A stretch of DNA of 64,000 bases. Source: Octopus sinensis. Lineage: Eukaryota. Where the stretch lies: contig NC_042998.1 in NCBI RefSeq assembly GCF_006345805.1, positions 107,570,001 through 107,634,000 on the forward strand, read 5' to 3'. How positions within the stretch are numbered: the stretch's first letter is position 1; the number at the start of each line of letters is the position of its first letter. Under the pieces are notes generated by a model. The model was not told the origin of the DNA. It searched no databases and worked only from the letters and a program-made list of their open reading frames with translations. Shown piece after piece: positions 23,900 to 36,949 of the stretch. The translations under genes and the position numbers were made by a program.

Positions 23900-24640
23900 A
23901 GCCAGTGTTCATGTCAATGCAGTGTTTAGTAGCCTGTGTTCTAGTAGCCATATTATATGTCTAATGAGTCACAATCTTTGTTTCTTGACAATGTCTGATA
24001 AGTTATCTAATCCTGACCGCCATATGACCTCCTCATTGTTGATGTAGTCCCTCCACAATATTTTAAGTATAACATGAATGCATCGCCCATGGAAGATGTC
24101 CAATTTGTTGATGATGCTTGTGGTGCATCTTGTATGCATAGACAGCAGTAGGCACTACAATCAACATGTAGAGATGAATTTTCACATTTTTGGTGATGGA
24201 ATTATTGGACCACACTGGGCAAAGTCGTCTGAATACACCTGAAGATTGTCCAGCATGGGCTTGTACATCAAATTTTTGCATCATGTTGAAGATGCTTCCT
24301 AGATATTTGAAATTTGCTTTGCTCTTCAGACTGTTGTTTCCGACTGCTACCGGAAGATTTATTGGTGTATCAGTGGTCATTGTCTTTGTTTATGTGCAGG
24401 CACACATTAACTGCATTGCTGTTGGGTTTATTGGTTAGGTGTTGCAATCCTTCAAGTGTTTGACTAACAACCATGATGCTATCTGCGTAAACCATGTCAC
24501 ATAACCGCCCTTCACCCCACCCAGTCCCTGCCTGTAGGTTGTTCATTGCTTTCCTCATGACAAAGTTGAAATAAAATGAGAAATAAAATGGGTGATAAGA
24601 TACATCCCTGTTGCACCTCAGTAACAATATTGAACATGTT
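23900..24640 (-). mobile_element. Old RTE/BovB-like RT fragment lacking the zinc-finger insert
   Basis: DMVYADSI...LEGLQHL, INKD, then about 20 aa to FKYLGS, and TKNVKIHLY..VVPT.VY. Confidence 0.7.
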
Positions 24641-24809
24641 ATAACCCTTTACAGAAAAAGGATATAAGGAAATATCACAAGGCATTTTAATCCCAAATTA
24701 GCCCTTACACACACATACAATTTTTTTGTCTTCCTGACAAATCTTTCATTCTATAACATTTTCCTAAAAGAAAAAAAAAATGAAGATAAAAAGTGACAAT
24801 AGTTCTTAC

Positions 24810-24921
24810 CTCAAATGCTAGAAATAAAGTGAAAACAATTCGATCTTGATATCTAAGTGTTTGGATCATGTTTTGGTTAGCCAAGTAAGTTAACTGGTCA
24901 GCAACTTCATGAGAATTTGTA
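24810..24921 (-). CDS. Dynein-like exon 19
   Basis: ccacag|...GAG|gtaaga, 112 nt, phase 2-0; QLTYLANQNMIQTLRYQDRIVFTLFL resembles LT..VY..V.R.LFE.HKL.F. Confidence 0.88.
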
Positions 24922-25482
24922 CTGTGGAGATTCAGAAATGTACATTTTTATTTACAAATATTATTAATTCCATAATAAACATTCCTACATGAGACATTTA
25001 TCATGAACAACCAAACTAGACAGCTAGACTCTAATGTTATACTACCATTCAAATTTATCATACCATAGAAGCCATAGAGAATACTTTTCCATGGAGCTAC
25101 ACACACAACGTTCAGAAGGAATGCACCCCCTTCCAGATTTGTGTGTGGGTGTGTGTGTGCATGTGGCTGTGTGTGTGTGTGTGGTCAATATATATATATA
25201 TGAGGTTTATGTTTGGAGGGAGGAAAGGGGAAGGTGATTATTGTATTTAGGTGTTGGATAAAATATGTTGGCTTGAAATGTCTTAAGAGTTTTAATGATT
25301 TTTGCATATCCAGGAAGAGACTAACTCAAGAGCTTCAGTTTGGTAGTTGGGTTACAGAGAAGAGATTTGATAGGGTTTAGTAGTACAAGGTTGACAAAGT
25401 TGGTTGTTTGCTTGGCATGGCTGTGCTATTTTCATACTAATGCTATATGGAATATTTTTGAACTTCAATGACCATATATACT

Positions 25483-25697
25483 CTTGTACTCTCTTTTACT
25501 TCTTTCACTTATTTGACTGAGGCCATGCTGGAGCACCATCTTTAGTCGAGCAAATCGACTCCAGGACTTATTGTTTGTAAGCCTAGTACTTATTCTATCC
25601 GCCTCTTTTGCCGAACCACTAGGGAATGTAAACACACCAGCATCAGTTGTCAAGCGATGTTGGTGGGGGACAAACACAGACACACAAACATACACAC

Positions 25698-25775
<78 letters not shown>

Positions 25776-25933
25776 GGCTTCTTTCAGTTTCCATCTACCA
25801 AATTCACTCACAAGGCTTTGGTTGGCCTGAGTCTATAGTAGAAGACACTTGCCCAAGGTATCATACAGTGGGACTCAATCCGGAACCATGTGGTTGGTAA
25901 GCAAGCTACTTATCACACAGCCACTCCTGCACC
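25483..25933 (-). mobile_element. SINE family A, full-length, with internal (TA)n/(CA)n spacer
   Basis: tRNA-like head (gcaggagtggctgtg...ggttccggattgagtcccactg), microsatellite middle, tail ending gtaaaagag repeats. Confidence 0.85.
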
Positions 25934-26927
25934 TATATATATATTTTTAGATATTGAAGTATTGTCTTCCCTATCTTTATTGTGAAATGTGTGCATGTGT
26001 GTAGATGGTACCTTGTTTTGGAATGGTTAGTAGTTAACTATTTAAATATACATAGCTGAAGTTTCTGTTTAGGTGGCTAAGATGAAGTTGATAGGGCTGG
26101 GTGAGTGGTTTTAGTTTTCATTTTTACATAATTTTTGATGACTGCAATTAGCTATAGTTTTAGAAAATTCCTAGTTATAGAATATGATGTTTTAATGCAT
26201 TTGCTTATCAGTTTGTACATTTGTGTGTACATATATGTATCCATTTGTGTATGTACACGTTTTATAAATATACATGTATATATGAATATGTGAGTACATG
26301 TATCTATGTGTATATATGTATATGAGAATGTATGTGTGTGCATATGTACACACACACACACACACATACATACAGAATATACATTGTAAAATAAAATATA
26401 TATTATGCCTGATATATATCATATAATATGCATTAATCTTGGTTATTAATATGCAGATATACAGACATGAGCAGTGTGTGTATATATATATATTTGTGTA
26501 TGCATATGTATCTGATTATATGTGTGTATGTATATAAATATATATATATATATATATATACGTCCATTGTTGTCGTCATTGTTTAACATCCGCTTTCCAT
26601 GCTGCATATAGAATTTTTTAGTTAAATTGAAAAGATTCATTTTTATACTTATTCCATTTATCAACATCACAATGAGGGTAAGTAGATAGACAGAGAGGCA
26701 AGTTTCATCAAGAGAAACATGGTAGTAAATGATATTTATTCATGGATACATTACTTGTCACTGAATTTACTTTGTTATTTAGATTTACTATTGATATTAT
26801 TGTTGCTTATTTTGATTATAATCACCCCATTTTGATTTATATGGATAATACCATACCAAATTCTGGTGCCTTTAACTTAAGTACCATATTCAACTGAATC
26901 TAAATTTTTACTGAACTTATATATATA

Positions 26928-26934
<7 letters not shown>

Positions 26935-26971
<37 letters not shown>

Positions 26972-26975
26972 GAGA

Positions 26976-27061
<86 letters not shown>
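26935..27061. repeat. Compound (TA)n-(GA)n microsatellite
   Basis: Read directly; begins 30 nt inside the intron after exon 18. Confidence 0.95.
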
Positions 27062-27062
<1 letters not shown>

Positions 27063-27090
27063 TTAAAATAATTTCCAATACAAACTTTAC

Positions 27091-27279
27091 CAATCCAATT
27101 CATTAATGACTGAGTGAAATAGTTTTAAGAAAGATGAGTAAGGGCATCTGTAAAGAGGATGGAGTTGCTTCATGTGTTGCATGGTGTAGTAACATATTGC
27201 TCCTTGACTGGCCAGAATGGATAAATGTTCTGTAGCTTCACGTAGAACATTCTCTTCTTCTTCTAACACAGTTAACAAT
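27091..27279 (-). CDS. Dynein-like exon 18 (buttress/AAA5 small domain)
   Basis: cttcag|...TG|gtaaag, 189 nt, phase 2-2; LASQGAICYYTMQHMKQLHPLYRCPYSSFLKLF resembles VA.RGS.LYF....L....PMYQYSL..F..LF. Confidence 0.92.
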
Positions 27280-28035
27280 CTGAAGATGAGAAAGGGAGGA
27301 TGTATCAGGAAAAAAAACTCTCAAAAAACAATATAATGGAAAATATCAACTTGATACAATATTCACACAATCACTGCTGTCATCTCAATCATCGTTACCA
27401 CCATAACATCCTGAGTTCAAATCCTAATGGGATCAGTTATGCCTTTCAACCATCTGGGATTGGTAAAGTATCAGATATGTTTATTGTTACTAGCATTAAA
27501 AATCAACACCCTCATCATTGTCTATGTTGGTTATTGGAGCTACATGTTACAAGCTCTGAAGATTTTGGAGCTTACCAGGTGTAAATGAAAAGTTATTTTT
27601 TATATTTTGGATTATTTAAAAGCAAAGGATTTCCCAATTGTATATGTGTGGATGGATCTGAGATATTTTGTGGAAGATTTCCACAAAATTAGACAGTTTT
27701 TTCTTTTTATTTTAAAACATGGCCTCTCAGAATGAAATGGCCAACCATGCTTGAAAGAAAATGAGTTGATAGAATTTCATTGTTTTTAAGAAAAAGAAAA
27801 AAAAACCCCAGAAAATCTACAGAAACTCAAAACAAGAAAATGGAAAAAAAATTACCCTTTAACAAAAGAAAAAGGAAAATGGTGACATTACACAAAAAAT
27901 TTTCAGATTTGGCAAACAATAACATGAGTACACATACAAAGATGAAAGGAGTCAATAAATTAGAGTACTAGTCAGGTACTGGAGTCAACAATATTGTCTA
28001 ACTTCCTTCCCCGAATTTCAGGCTTTGTGTATGCT

Positions 28036-28180
28036 CTTCCCAACCAAATGGTTTCAAGTTTTAGTCCCACTGTGTGATACTGTGGGCAAGTGTCTTCTAC
28101 TATAGTTATGTGTCAACCAAAGCCTCGTGAGTGGATTTAGTAGATAGAAACTGAAAGATGTCTGCCATGTATATATGTGC

Positions 28181-28216
<36 letters not shown>

Positions 28217-28400
28217 ATCTTTGAGTTTGTCCCCCATCACAGCTTGACAACTAGTGTTGGTTTGTTTACATCTCCGCAAAAGAGACCAATTGAATAGGTA
28301 CTAGATTTTAAAAAAAGTATTGGGTTAATTTGTTTGACTAAACCATTCAAGGCAGTGCTCCAGCATGGCCACAGTTCAATGACTGAAACAAGTAAAAGAA
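28036..28400 (+). mobile_element. SINE family A copy with (TG)n spacer
   Basis: gtcccactg...gggcaagtgtcttctactatag...gcagtgctccagcatggcc...gactgaaacaagtaaaag. Confidence 0.8.
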
Positions 28401-28787
28401 ATAAATATTACAATTACTTAGGAGCTCACATAAATTTCAATGATGACTATTTCAGTTGTTTGATTCATAGAATTATTCACTTATTATACTGTAGTGTAGG
28501 TGGTTGAGTATTCTACAGATAATTGTTCTCTTAACATAAATTCCTGCAGATTCAGTGTGACAAAGTTTTTCACAAGTCTGGCCGTCTGAATAGCAGATAT
28601 AGACCATACAACATATTTTCATGCAGTTTCTATTAAACCAATTTCCATTACGATATTTGAGTCAACTTCAATTCTGACTGTGGAATAAACTTCTTCAACC
28701 ATTCAACCATACATGTTTATAGTCCCTTAGGTACATACACACGGTATATCTCACAAACATACAATGAGTAAATTTTCAAACATTTAC

Positions 28788-28933
28788 CGTTCTTTAATTT
28801 CACTATGCTGGTTCACCAGTTCAGTCAATTCTTTAACAGTTTGCTTTGACTTCAACAGGTCAACTTCCTGACACAGTCCCATTAGTAACTTGTCTTCAGT
28901 TTCAAGAGACTCCTTAGTTTTATCCCATTTCTC
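28788..28933 (-). CDS. Dynein-like exon 17 (buttress)
   Basis: tttcag|...CG|gtaaat, 146 nt, phase 0-2; LETEDKLLMGL...DLL resembles L.ELED.IL..L...NIL. Confidence 0.9.
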
Positions 28934-29192
28934 CTGAAAAATAACCAAGTGGGTAGTAAATACAATTATCATTTACACCATTTCAGGGTATTTGGAATGC
29001 AATAACACAAGATAACCACTTCTTTTGTAACAGGTTAAGTAATTTACTGATTATTAGTGGAAGTGGGAAGTCTCTATGGAACATATAAAATATAACATAT
29101 TCCAACATTTGAGAAACAAAAACGATAGGAAAATAATCGTTATACACTGCACTGAATTTTGCATAGACCCAACAGAGTGTACATGCACACAC

Positions 29193-29232
<40 letters not shown>

Positions 29233-30089
29233 CACACACACACATTTGGTCAATGTCTGTTTTTCCATGCTAATATAGGTTGGACGAAAACTTATTATTG
29301 AGGCATGGATGTTCTTCTTAACACTAGACCTTACCTGGTTTTAAAGGAAGGGAATTTTTTCTGCTTGCCTTTCTGAGCATGGAACTATGGGGTAATTTGA
29401 TGACAGAGAATTGTCAACATAACACATTTGCTCAAGCAATTTCATGTGAATACATTGCAGAATGTAAAAACACACATACATATATATGATGATCTATCAT
29501 ACAGCTTCTATTAACCAAATCCACTCACAAAGCACTGACCAGTCTGGAGCTATAGTAGAAGACACTTATCTAATAGGTGGGACTAAGGAATTTGCTTCTC
29601 AACCACATTGTTCTGGGTTCACTCCCACTGTGTGACACCTTGAGCAAGTTGTCTTCTATTATAGCTTAAGACCAACCAAAGCTTTGTGAGTGGATTTGGT
29701 AGATGGAAACTGAAAGAAGCCTATTGTGCATGTGTGTGTGTGTGTGTGTGTGTGTATGTATATATATATATATAGTTAATCCAAACATGAACAAAGAGAA
29801 AACACAACAACGCGAGGATGTGGAACAAGTATAGTGTTATATATATATATGTATGAATATATATATATATATATATCCATGAAGACTGGTTAGAGAGTGC
29901 TTCGAACTGACTTGGTGTCTTTACACCTGTTTGTTTACACCAAGAAATTTACTCCAAGATGAAATATAGTGAAAACCACTTTCTCATGGGTTTGAATATG
30001 CCCCAAGCTTATTTGAAATGGTAATAAGTTTCTATTTATACGCATCATTGCTTAGTCATTCTATTCCATATATGTGTGTGTGTGTGTGG

Positions 30090-30610
30090 AGGGAACCTGT
30101 GGAAGGAAAGACCCAGGAAGATGAGGGATGAAGTAGTGAGAAAGGATCTTCAGACATTGGGCTTCACAGAAGAGGTGACAGGGGACTGAGATTGCTTGCA
30201 ATTCACTGTGCTTGAGAAGAAACATTCAAGCTAAGTATAAAACTGTTGATGTCCATACATACTGGTATGTCCTCTGCATCCCTTTCTCAGCTGAGAGGTC
30301 CTTTTCTTTAGGGCTTGCAGGTGGTGGTGTCACATAAAAGTGCCAGTGCTACAGAAAAGTGCCTGTGCTGGTGCCATGTAAAAGCATCCAGGCTGGTTCC
30401 GCATAAAGGTGCCTATGCCACTATCACATGAAAAGTACCCAGTATAGTATGTGAAGCAGTTAGTGTTAGGAAGGGCATCCAACAATAGAAACTATGCCGA
30501 AATAGACAACTGGAACCTGGGTAGCTCGCCAGCTGGCCAATTTCTGTCAAACCATCAAACTCATGCCAACATAGAAAGCAGACATTAAATGAAGATGATG
30601 ATGATGATTT
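30090..30610 (+). mobile_element. RTE 3'-end fragment with tail
   Basis: gagggaacctgtggaaggaaagacccaggaag (EGTCGR.RPRK), repeated gtgcc..aaaag motifs, and the ggaagggcatcc tail. Confidence 0.8.
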
Positions 30611-30772
30611 GTGTGTGTGTCTGTGTTTGCATTTGTCTCCCACCATCACTTGACAACTGGTGTTGGTTTGTTTACATCCTCATAACTTAGCAGTTTTGCA
30701 AAAGAGACTGATACAACTAAGAAACAATTGCATTAAAACAATAACATGAAATACATGAAAGATGATGGTTAC

Positions 30773-30982
30773 TTGTAAAAAATGGTTTCGTTCATCTTTG
30801 AGCTGAGATTTTTCCAGGTTAATACATCTGAGGAACAAATCTTTGTATAAACACTCGTATGACTGAGAAAATGTGATTATGGTCAGATATGGAGAGAGGG
30901 TATCAGATATTAAGGAGGCATCACTTGATGTATGAAGGTAGAGTCGGAATGAGGGGTTGCATTCTACTTCAAAGTCACCAGT
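30773..30982 (-). CDS. Dynein-like exon 16 (AAA5)
   Basis: tttcag|...CAA|gtaacc, 210 nt, phase 0-0; GDFEVECNPSFRLYLHT...LEKSQLKDER. Confidence 0.93.
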
Positions 30983-32430
30983 CTGAAAAACAAAATCCTT
31001 TATGTTTTATATCATTAAGCAACATTAGAGATTCCAATTTAGTTAATTAAAAAAAAGTTTAATTCATAACAATAGAAATGTAATTCTATTATTTATTACT
31101 ATAAACATCCTATAATATATCCTATGTTATTCTCTGTAATGTATACAATACATACATGTCATCATCATCACAGACATTAAATGATGATGGTGAAGTAAAC
31201 ACACATATATATGTGAAAGACATCTAGTTATAGAAACTATGTCAAAGCAGATATTAAGAAATGAGGTAGTTCTTCGAATCATTAAATCCTGTTAAACTAT
31301 TTAACCCATACCAGCATGGAAACTAGACATTAAATGATAATATTCTGTATTATGCTTTAAACTATAGTCTATACTACATTCTGAATTATATACCATACTG
31401 TCCTATGAAATATTCTATATTTCATGCTATGTTAAATTAGTTTATCTTTTTTTGTATTTTCTTATTAATCAGAAATTTTCTAAGAGGGCAGCTTAACCTA
31501 AAAGCCTTGACATTTTCATTGTTTAACTTTAAACATTGACTGTTTTATTGTTTAACTTTGGATGTCTTAGTTTTCTCTCCACAACTGTTTAGCTTTGTTT
31601 TTGTTCTATTCCCTGTTAATTTATTAGACAGTCAAATAAAATACATAAACACATATCTACCCAACTGATATTTTTATTTACCCTCTCAGCATCCATTCTT
31701 ATGTTCACCTACCATCCCTCTGTCCATTGACCCTCTATACATCCAGCTCCTGTACTTCTGTGTGCTTATCCCTACCTAAAAATCTCTTTATTTGTTTATC
31801 TTATGTTGATTTATCACATTGATACAAAGCTAAAAACTGATGGCAAAAAGGAGTAAAGTTTATTGAAATAAAAAATCTCAGTATATGACTAGTATATTTT
31901 TTAGCAACATTGGAAATCAATGTGAAGTGGATTCTGGTTTGAAATAATAATTAACTAGATTAGCAACAATGTAGGAAGAATTATATAAATAATCTATTGT
32001 TAAACCCATATAAAATAATTAACAGTTTCAACCCATTCAGTAGATCAAAACTTCTAGATCAAAGGAGACAGGTTTCAACCCAAACTACAATCACAGATTA
32101 ACAACAAAATATAAAAAAGTTAATCATGAGAGGTTCTGAGTTGTCAACTGATGACTTGCAGTGGCAGTACCAACCAATACAGTACAGGGTTTGTTCTTAA
32201 AGGATCTCTTCATATTGATTTCACAATCCAGATATCTGTAATACTTTATTTCATGGTTTTTACTACCATTTGTGTTATATCAGGATTGCATAAGGAATGG
32301 AGTATTGCTGTAACCAAGTGGTGTTACAATGACTTAGCTGTGCTACAATGACTCAGCTGTGTTACTACAACCAGTCTTAACTATATCAACTTAAACTTTC
32401 CTATAATTATTAAAAATAGACAAGACTTAC

Positions 32431-32586
32431 CCATATCTTGAAGGTGTGTGTTGCTTGTATGAACCTTCTGTAAGCAAAGATGACTGAGAGGAGTAGTCGA
32501 TTAGTATGTAGTTTCTGAGAATCACAATTAGTAACAAATAATATGAGACCTTCATTTAAACACATCTCTAGTTGAGACTCCAAAGC
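32431..32586 (-). CDS. Dynein-like exon 15 (AAA5)
   Basis: tttcag|...TGG|gtaagt, 156 nt, phase 0-0; LESQLEMCLNEGLILFVTNC resembles LE.AI..G..VL.EN. Confidence 0.9.
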
Positions 32587-33039
32587 CTGAAACAAAGAAA
32601 AGATGGAGAAAGTAATACTAATAATGATGATGATGAAGATGAATTTTTAACACAAACACAAGACAATGCATTTTGGTAAAATATAGTTCATTATATTGAG
32701 CCCCACAACACTTAACTGGTGCTTATTTTATTGACATGAGAGAAGCTGATCCTGGTGGACTTCAACTTAATTAAATAGGAATAATGACAGAAACAATAAT
32801 AATCCAGAAGAACAGAAGAGAAGCTGCAAAGGATGATGTGATAGCAGTAAAAAGGATCCTAGCATGGTATGAATTACCTACCACTAGGCTTTTTGACATA
32901 GTTCATTTATGGATCTAGTAACATCAGATGTGAAAATACAGTACCAGTAATAAGCAGGTTCATTAAACATGTTATGAGTAAAAGGAAAACAATTCTGCAG
33001 ATCCAAACAGAAGAAAAAGGAATTATGTAAATGAAATCC

Positions 33040-33560
33040 ATCTCAATTAGAAGAGAAATATTCTAAGACTCTCTCTCTCTAGTTCTTTTCTGCATGACAT
33101 TAACACTGTATTAATACTTTTAACCAGCTTCCTAAACCAGACTAAACTTAGATACAAAAGCTATGAGAGAATAGTCAACTATATTTTTCATATGGATGAC
33201 ATCATCAAGTTGTATACTGTTTTATACTGCAAGAAACACTCCTACATACAGTGCACAGATTTAACAGAGAAAGTTTGAGGAGGTTTCTGTTAGAAAAATG
33301 CAACAAAGTAACTTTGGAAATAGTAAAATTAATTAAGACCATTATTATTATGTTAGATGATGAAACAAAAATAAGACAATTAGATCAAATACAGACTTAT
33401 AGATACATTGGAATTAACAATCTGGACAGAGCACAACACATACAAATGAAAAAAAGATAAAGATGGAATATTACAGATGCTTTAAAACAGAGATATCAAA
33501 AATAGGTAATAGGTGTCAATACTATAGCTATTCCAGTAATAAGTTTATAATAATCTCAAA
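33040..33560 (+). mobile_element. Decayed R4/Dong-like non-LTR RT fragment
   Basis: DSLSL.LFCMTL, IFHMDDI, DETKIRQLDQIQTYRYIGIN, HIQMK...EYYR; resembles R4-clade RT domains 4-7 (recognised from memory). Confidence 0.6.
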
Positions 33561-34636
33561 TGAGATGGTCAGATTGGTTCATTACATTTTCAAGATATTC
33601 TATAATAGGTCTTTGAAAATGAATTTGTATGTTTCCTTTGGGGCAGCAGTTGCTGAATTGGTTTCTCTGCAAGAAAATTCTTATCTCCACAAAAACTGAT
33701 ACAATACATCTAACTGTCCACACAAATATTTTCCAGATACTATTTCATTTGAAAGTTATGTTTCTCACTTGTATTACCTCATTTACACAATTTCTGCTTT
33801 GGCTCATATTTTCAGCATTTTGATGCTTCCTTATATTTCTATTATTATCATTTTCATCCTCTGATCAGATTTTTATAATGTGCCTTGTCTCCAAGCAATA
33901 TTCAGGCTCCCAGACATAAGGCACATTTTAAAAATCTGCCTAACCACATGTCTCAATGGTAAGAAACTATTAGTAGCTCTTATTTTAATACAGTGTACGT
34001 TAAATGACAATAAATTAATACTAGTTCAATAATACTGGGTAAATTTAATTAACTATTCCCATCCACAAAAACTGGTGGTTTTTACATATATGTTAGAAAT
34101 CACTGTTATTAATATTGTTATTTCTGTATTCTTAGTTTTGTGTGCCTTGGATATGTGTAATGTTTTATTATGCTTTGTTCTGAGCGTATTGTATGGAATT
34201 ATGGAATTGCTATTTTAATGTATGTTAGGTAAGTATAGAAATTTGGCTTATTCCCCAAATTCTGAATATCTTGTTGATGGAAATAGTGAATTAAATTCAC
34301 TTAGTATTATTGAACTAGTATTAATCTATTGGCTTCTTCCAAGAAGATGAAAGGGAAACAAGACCCAGTGAGATCTAAAGTTAAATAATAGTAATTTCTT
34401 AGAGAGGTCAAAGACCAGAAATTTTGTTGGGAGGAAATTATACCAACCCAATACTTGGTTGGTACTTGTTTTATCAACCCAGAAGTTTGAAAGCAAAGAT
34501 GACATTAGAGGGATTTAAATTCAGAACATAGAGTGAATTCAAATCTCTGCAAGGTATTTTGTGTGATGTTCTTGTTGATTCAACCAAGCCACTGCCCACA
34601 TATTAGAAAACAGAAATGACACATGATTTGACTTAC

Positions 34637-34822
34637 ATTAAAAGGCACAGTAACAAAGTCGCTTTTCAAAAAGATCTGTTGACATTCTAAAGCCCAACAG
34701 TTAGGGTCACACAATATTGGCCATGTTGTCCACATTTTATCATCCACAAAGAAACAGCAATTTTCCAGGAAAACCTTACTTGTAGGTAGGGAAGAAGATA
34801 TTTCAAGCTCAACTCTTAGAAG
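34637..34822 (-). CDS. Dynein-like exon 14 (AAA5)
   Basis: ttttag|...AAT|gtaagt, 186 nt, phase 0-0; LPTSKVFLENCCF...WPILCDPNCWA resembles GLP.D..S.ENA...RWPLLIDPQ.QA. Confidence 0.92.
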
Positions 34823-35787
34823 CTAAAAGAAAGAAAGTTTTATGCAATTAAATAACAATTCTTAAACATCAAATTATTAACTTATAATCTTTGTGTCATT
34901 AAGTATAACCCTCATACCACTAAGTAATAACCTTTTGTTATAAAGCAATAATCTTTGTCATTGAATAATAAACTCTAGGACCACGTGAGACATTAAATTG
35001 AGTGGGTCATCAATGGAACGATCCTAGCACACAACAAATAGGTCCTTCTACATTAATTTATAAAGTCACTTATCTTGTGTTTTCCTAAGGTATGTGTCTC
35101 ATTTCTCTTTATTCTCATTCCAGTACTTTTCAATAATTTTCTATACTCCTGTTTTGCTGACTTTCACTCAGACTACAGTAAAACAGAACTTACTCTTAGA
35201 CTGGGATGGCAATGTTATTCATGTGTCACTAAAGAAGCAAACACACAAGGTTTGTCTCATTAAAGTGGTTAGTAAAAGGAAAGTCATATAGCTGTAATAG
35301 TGTCAGAAATAAATATTCCAGAAAACTTTTAATTAAAGAAAGCATATATGTCAATCTTTTTGTCCTTTGACATTAGGTAGTCAGTGTAATAGGTTGCGAT
35401 AGTACTAACACCTGTATCTGTTGTAATGTAGAAGGCTCCATTAAATGATCACTTCATCTGATAATAGGAGAGGACATAGAAGAATTTTCTAAGTCTAATT
35501 ATTATGAGGAGTGAAGAAATCTAATGGTGCTACCTCTTGGTCTTCATCTCATGTGAAGGGCAAGAGCAGTAGATTCTTCACTTCTCATGAGAACTGAACC
35601 CATCAAAATTTTCTATAAAGTGACTTCAGGATTGATTGCTGATGACATGGACTTTCACTATTTCTCTCTGATTTCAGAATTTACTTTATTTGGTCATACC
35701 TATAACTGTTGTAGCTCCCACGAGAGTGTTAAAAATAATAAAAATTGATAATAGTGAAGGAACAGTTCTTAGATAATTGCTACTTAC

Positions 35788-35896
35788 AGGAGGGAACAAA
35801 AATTCATGTAGACTCAAATCTTCAAAAACTTGATGGCAGTTTTGTAAAAAACCATGCTCAGAGCATATTTTTTTAAACTGATTGCATATCTTTTCC
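35788..35896 (-). CDS. Dynein-like exon 13
   Basis: tttcag|...CCT|gtaagt, 109 nt, phase 2-0; EKICNQFKKICSEHGF...LSLHEFLFPP. Confidence 0.85.
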
Positions 35897-36461
35897 CTGA
35901 AATGATGGATTAATAGATGAAGATAAACTTCAGTGGTAAAATTGAAAACCTTCTGAGAATATAATAAATACCATAAATCTTATATTGCAGAAAATGCATG
36001 ATACTCTAATATATACCTTCTTTCTACTAAATTCACTAAATTATGTTGAATAGAAAAGAACTAACATTTACAACATTCTGAATTCATGTGTAAAATCCTA
36101 ACATCAATGTATCCTCAAAATTCATAAAATATTAACGACAAATTTTGACAGGATACTGTACTACATGCGTGTTTCCTAAGTTAAAAACTAAAAACCTTAT
36201 TTTGATTGAAATGTTTCTGTAGTAGAAAATATATGTATACACACACATAACATGGTTGGTTAACAGGTTTGTAATGGGTTGAGTAGTCATACTATTATAA
36301 GAGAAATAGAGATACAGTAAATGAGGTGGTCAGTTAGAACAATTAAACTTAGGCAAGTGTTCTATCACATGCTCTATAAAGGTATTCAATGTATAAACTG
36401 ACTGAAGGTATTTAAAATTTTAACAACAACATATATATATATAAATGAGAAGACCACTAAC

Positions 36462-36587
36462 CTGGTTTGAATGTTAAATGGTGAACAGTAAGAAAGAAAG
36501 GAGGATGCCATTATACAATTGTAGATTAAGGTATCACTGGACTCTTTCTCTGCAACTGAACACCATTCTGATTCCTTTGACTTCAGA
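36462..36587 (-). CDS. Dynein-like exon 12 (CC2 end)
   Basis: tttcag|...AG|gttagt, 126 nt, phase 2-2; ESEW...LIYNCIMASSFLSYCSPFNIQTR resembles E..RW...L.GD.LLAAAF.SY.GPF...R. Confidence 0.92.
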
Positions 36588-36949
36588 CTGAAACCAAGTG
36601 AAAGGCAGTCATTGATAATGTAATCTAACGTTACATACAAGATGAAAACCCAAACGAACAATAATTGCTCTCCTCTTCTTCCCCCCTTGACATCGTCATC
36701 ATTTAACACTTGTTTCCATGTTGGCATGGGTTGGATGTCTGTAGTTAATAAGATTAGGTAATAATGTAAACTGAAGAGTGGAGATAATAACAGTTGTTAA
36801 CAAGGAAAGATAATGATGTGAAAATGAGTGGGTGAAGATCAATAATTATTATTAACAAGATGATGTAGATGAGATGAAATGAAGGGATAAGGTACTTGCT
36901 ATTAACATGTTGAGGTAGATTATGGGAAACGAAGGATGAAGATAATTTT

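Noticed and set aside
25465-25900. ORFs rich in YI/CV/HT repeats (also 26152-26422, 29054-29273, 42186-42476, 54010-54333)
   Set aside because: Translations of (TA)n, (CA)n and (GA)n microsatellites.
25880-25933. tRNA genes at SINE heads
   Set aside because: A/B-box-like heads continue into SINE bodies and do not form full cloverleaves.
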